DNA of 64,000 bases, from positions 4,155,992 to 4,219,991 of the forward strand of contig MU053561.1 of the NCBI GenBank assembly GCA_013239625.1, read 5' to 3'. Under the pieces are notes generated by a model. The model ran no database searches, had not been told where the DNA came from, and saw nothing but the letters and a program-made list of their open reading frames with translations. Origin of the DNA: Lama guanicoe (taxonomy: Eukaryota). This document shows, piece by piece, positions 63,033-64,000 of this stretch (position 1 is its first letter; each line of letters starts with the position of its first letter). The position numbers were made by a program, and so were the translations under genes.

Positions 63033-64000
63033 GTGAGTGACTTCAGCTTCCCTCTGCTATAGCTGGGGCTGCCCAGCCTGAGCCGAGCCTGCACCTGGAC
63101 TTCTGTGGGAAGGGGGAGGAGGGAGACAAAGGAGGCAAACCTGAGCCCCATATGCCCACCTGGCCCTGGGGCCGGGGTGGGGGTGTGGTCCAGTCAGAGA
63201 GGGCCATGCCCCTCCGACCCTGCCCGGCCCACGCATGGTTCATCCGTCTGCTTCCAAAACCAAAGAAGACCAAGTGGGACTGAACCACTGTACTTCTTTC
63301 AGCCACTTTAAGTAAAGAAGCACAACCTGTAACCACAATTCATTTCCAAAGAATTAGAAACCCCCTTAGCCCCCCAGGTGAAGTGGATGTACCACAAAGT
63401 CAGTTATCCATTCATCCATCTAGGGTGACAAGGGGCCCCTGCCCAGTCAGGGTTTGATATTGTGTATGTGTGATCTTATATTTAAAATTGTCTAGGAGAG
63501 AAACATAATTCAAAATGAAGAGAGACATCTCAAGGTGTGGAGGGACTGGTCTCAGTGCCCCCATTGCTAGGGACTGCAGAGGGCGGGGAAGAGGGAGGGG
63601 AGAGAAGGGGGCAGGGTAGTGGAGGGAAGGGAGGGGAGGGCTGCCCTGGGAGAGGCCACAGTGTGACTGGTACTGCCTCCCTCCAGCTGTGGGAAAGGGG
63701 TGAGGAGTGTGAGGCCAGGTGATAAGTAGGGGCTGAGAGCTTTCCCCTGAGTTCAGTTCCCTCAGATCTACTCCTAGTCCTCTTGTGGGGCCTCTTCTCT
63801 TTCCCCAGCTAAGTGCACCTGGACTCTAGATTTCGAGAAGCCCAAGACCATCACTACTCTAGATGACAGCCCTGAGGACTGGCTGTTTTAAGATCTGCAT
63901 CAGCCATAGAGTATGCTTCAGTTGGCAACCTCTGTGCTTGAGGAGAAGCAGGGTCCTGTGCAGATCATTTGCTCTGAATCCCAAGAAGGTCTGTTTCCTG

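Noticed and set aside
1..64000. CRISPR arrays, operons or other prokaryotic systems
   Set aside because: The sequence is clearly mammalian (spliced TSPAN2, LINEs, SINEs); the 31-bp repeat has no unique spacers.

Overview
Mammalian nuclear DNA, almost certainly a camelid (alpaca, llama or camel): it holds two tRNA-derived SINEs that match Vic-1. About 46 kb of repeat-rich intergenic sequence is followed by the CpG-island promoter and the first two coding exons of TSPAN2 (+ strand; 47454-47522 and 62930-63032, separated by a 15.4 kb intron). The most striking object is a ~1.3 kb composite retro-insertion at ~18748-20072. An intronless GPX1 copy (- strand; Sec TGA and SECIS core kept, 14-nt frameshifting deletion, no poly(A)) is joined head-to-head to an internal spliced RRBP1 fragment (+ strand, no poly(A), no evident TSD). 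This geometry fits two different mRNAs being reverse-transcribed from the two ends of one DNA break, and it creates a new uninterrupted 228-codon chimeric ORF. Other points of interest: a perfect 31-bp higher-order repeat inside a GAAG microsatellite, an orphan CpG island built from GC-box tandem repeats, divergent CTCF-like motifs, nested transposon insertions with readable TSDs, and an unidentified coding-like stretch at ~36.5-37.2 kb. Repeat family calls and boundaries were made by eye and are approximate.
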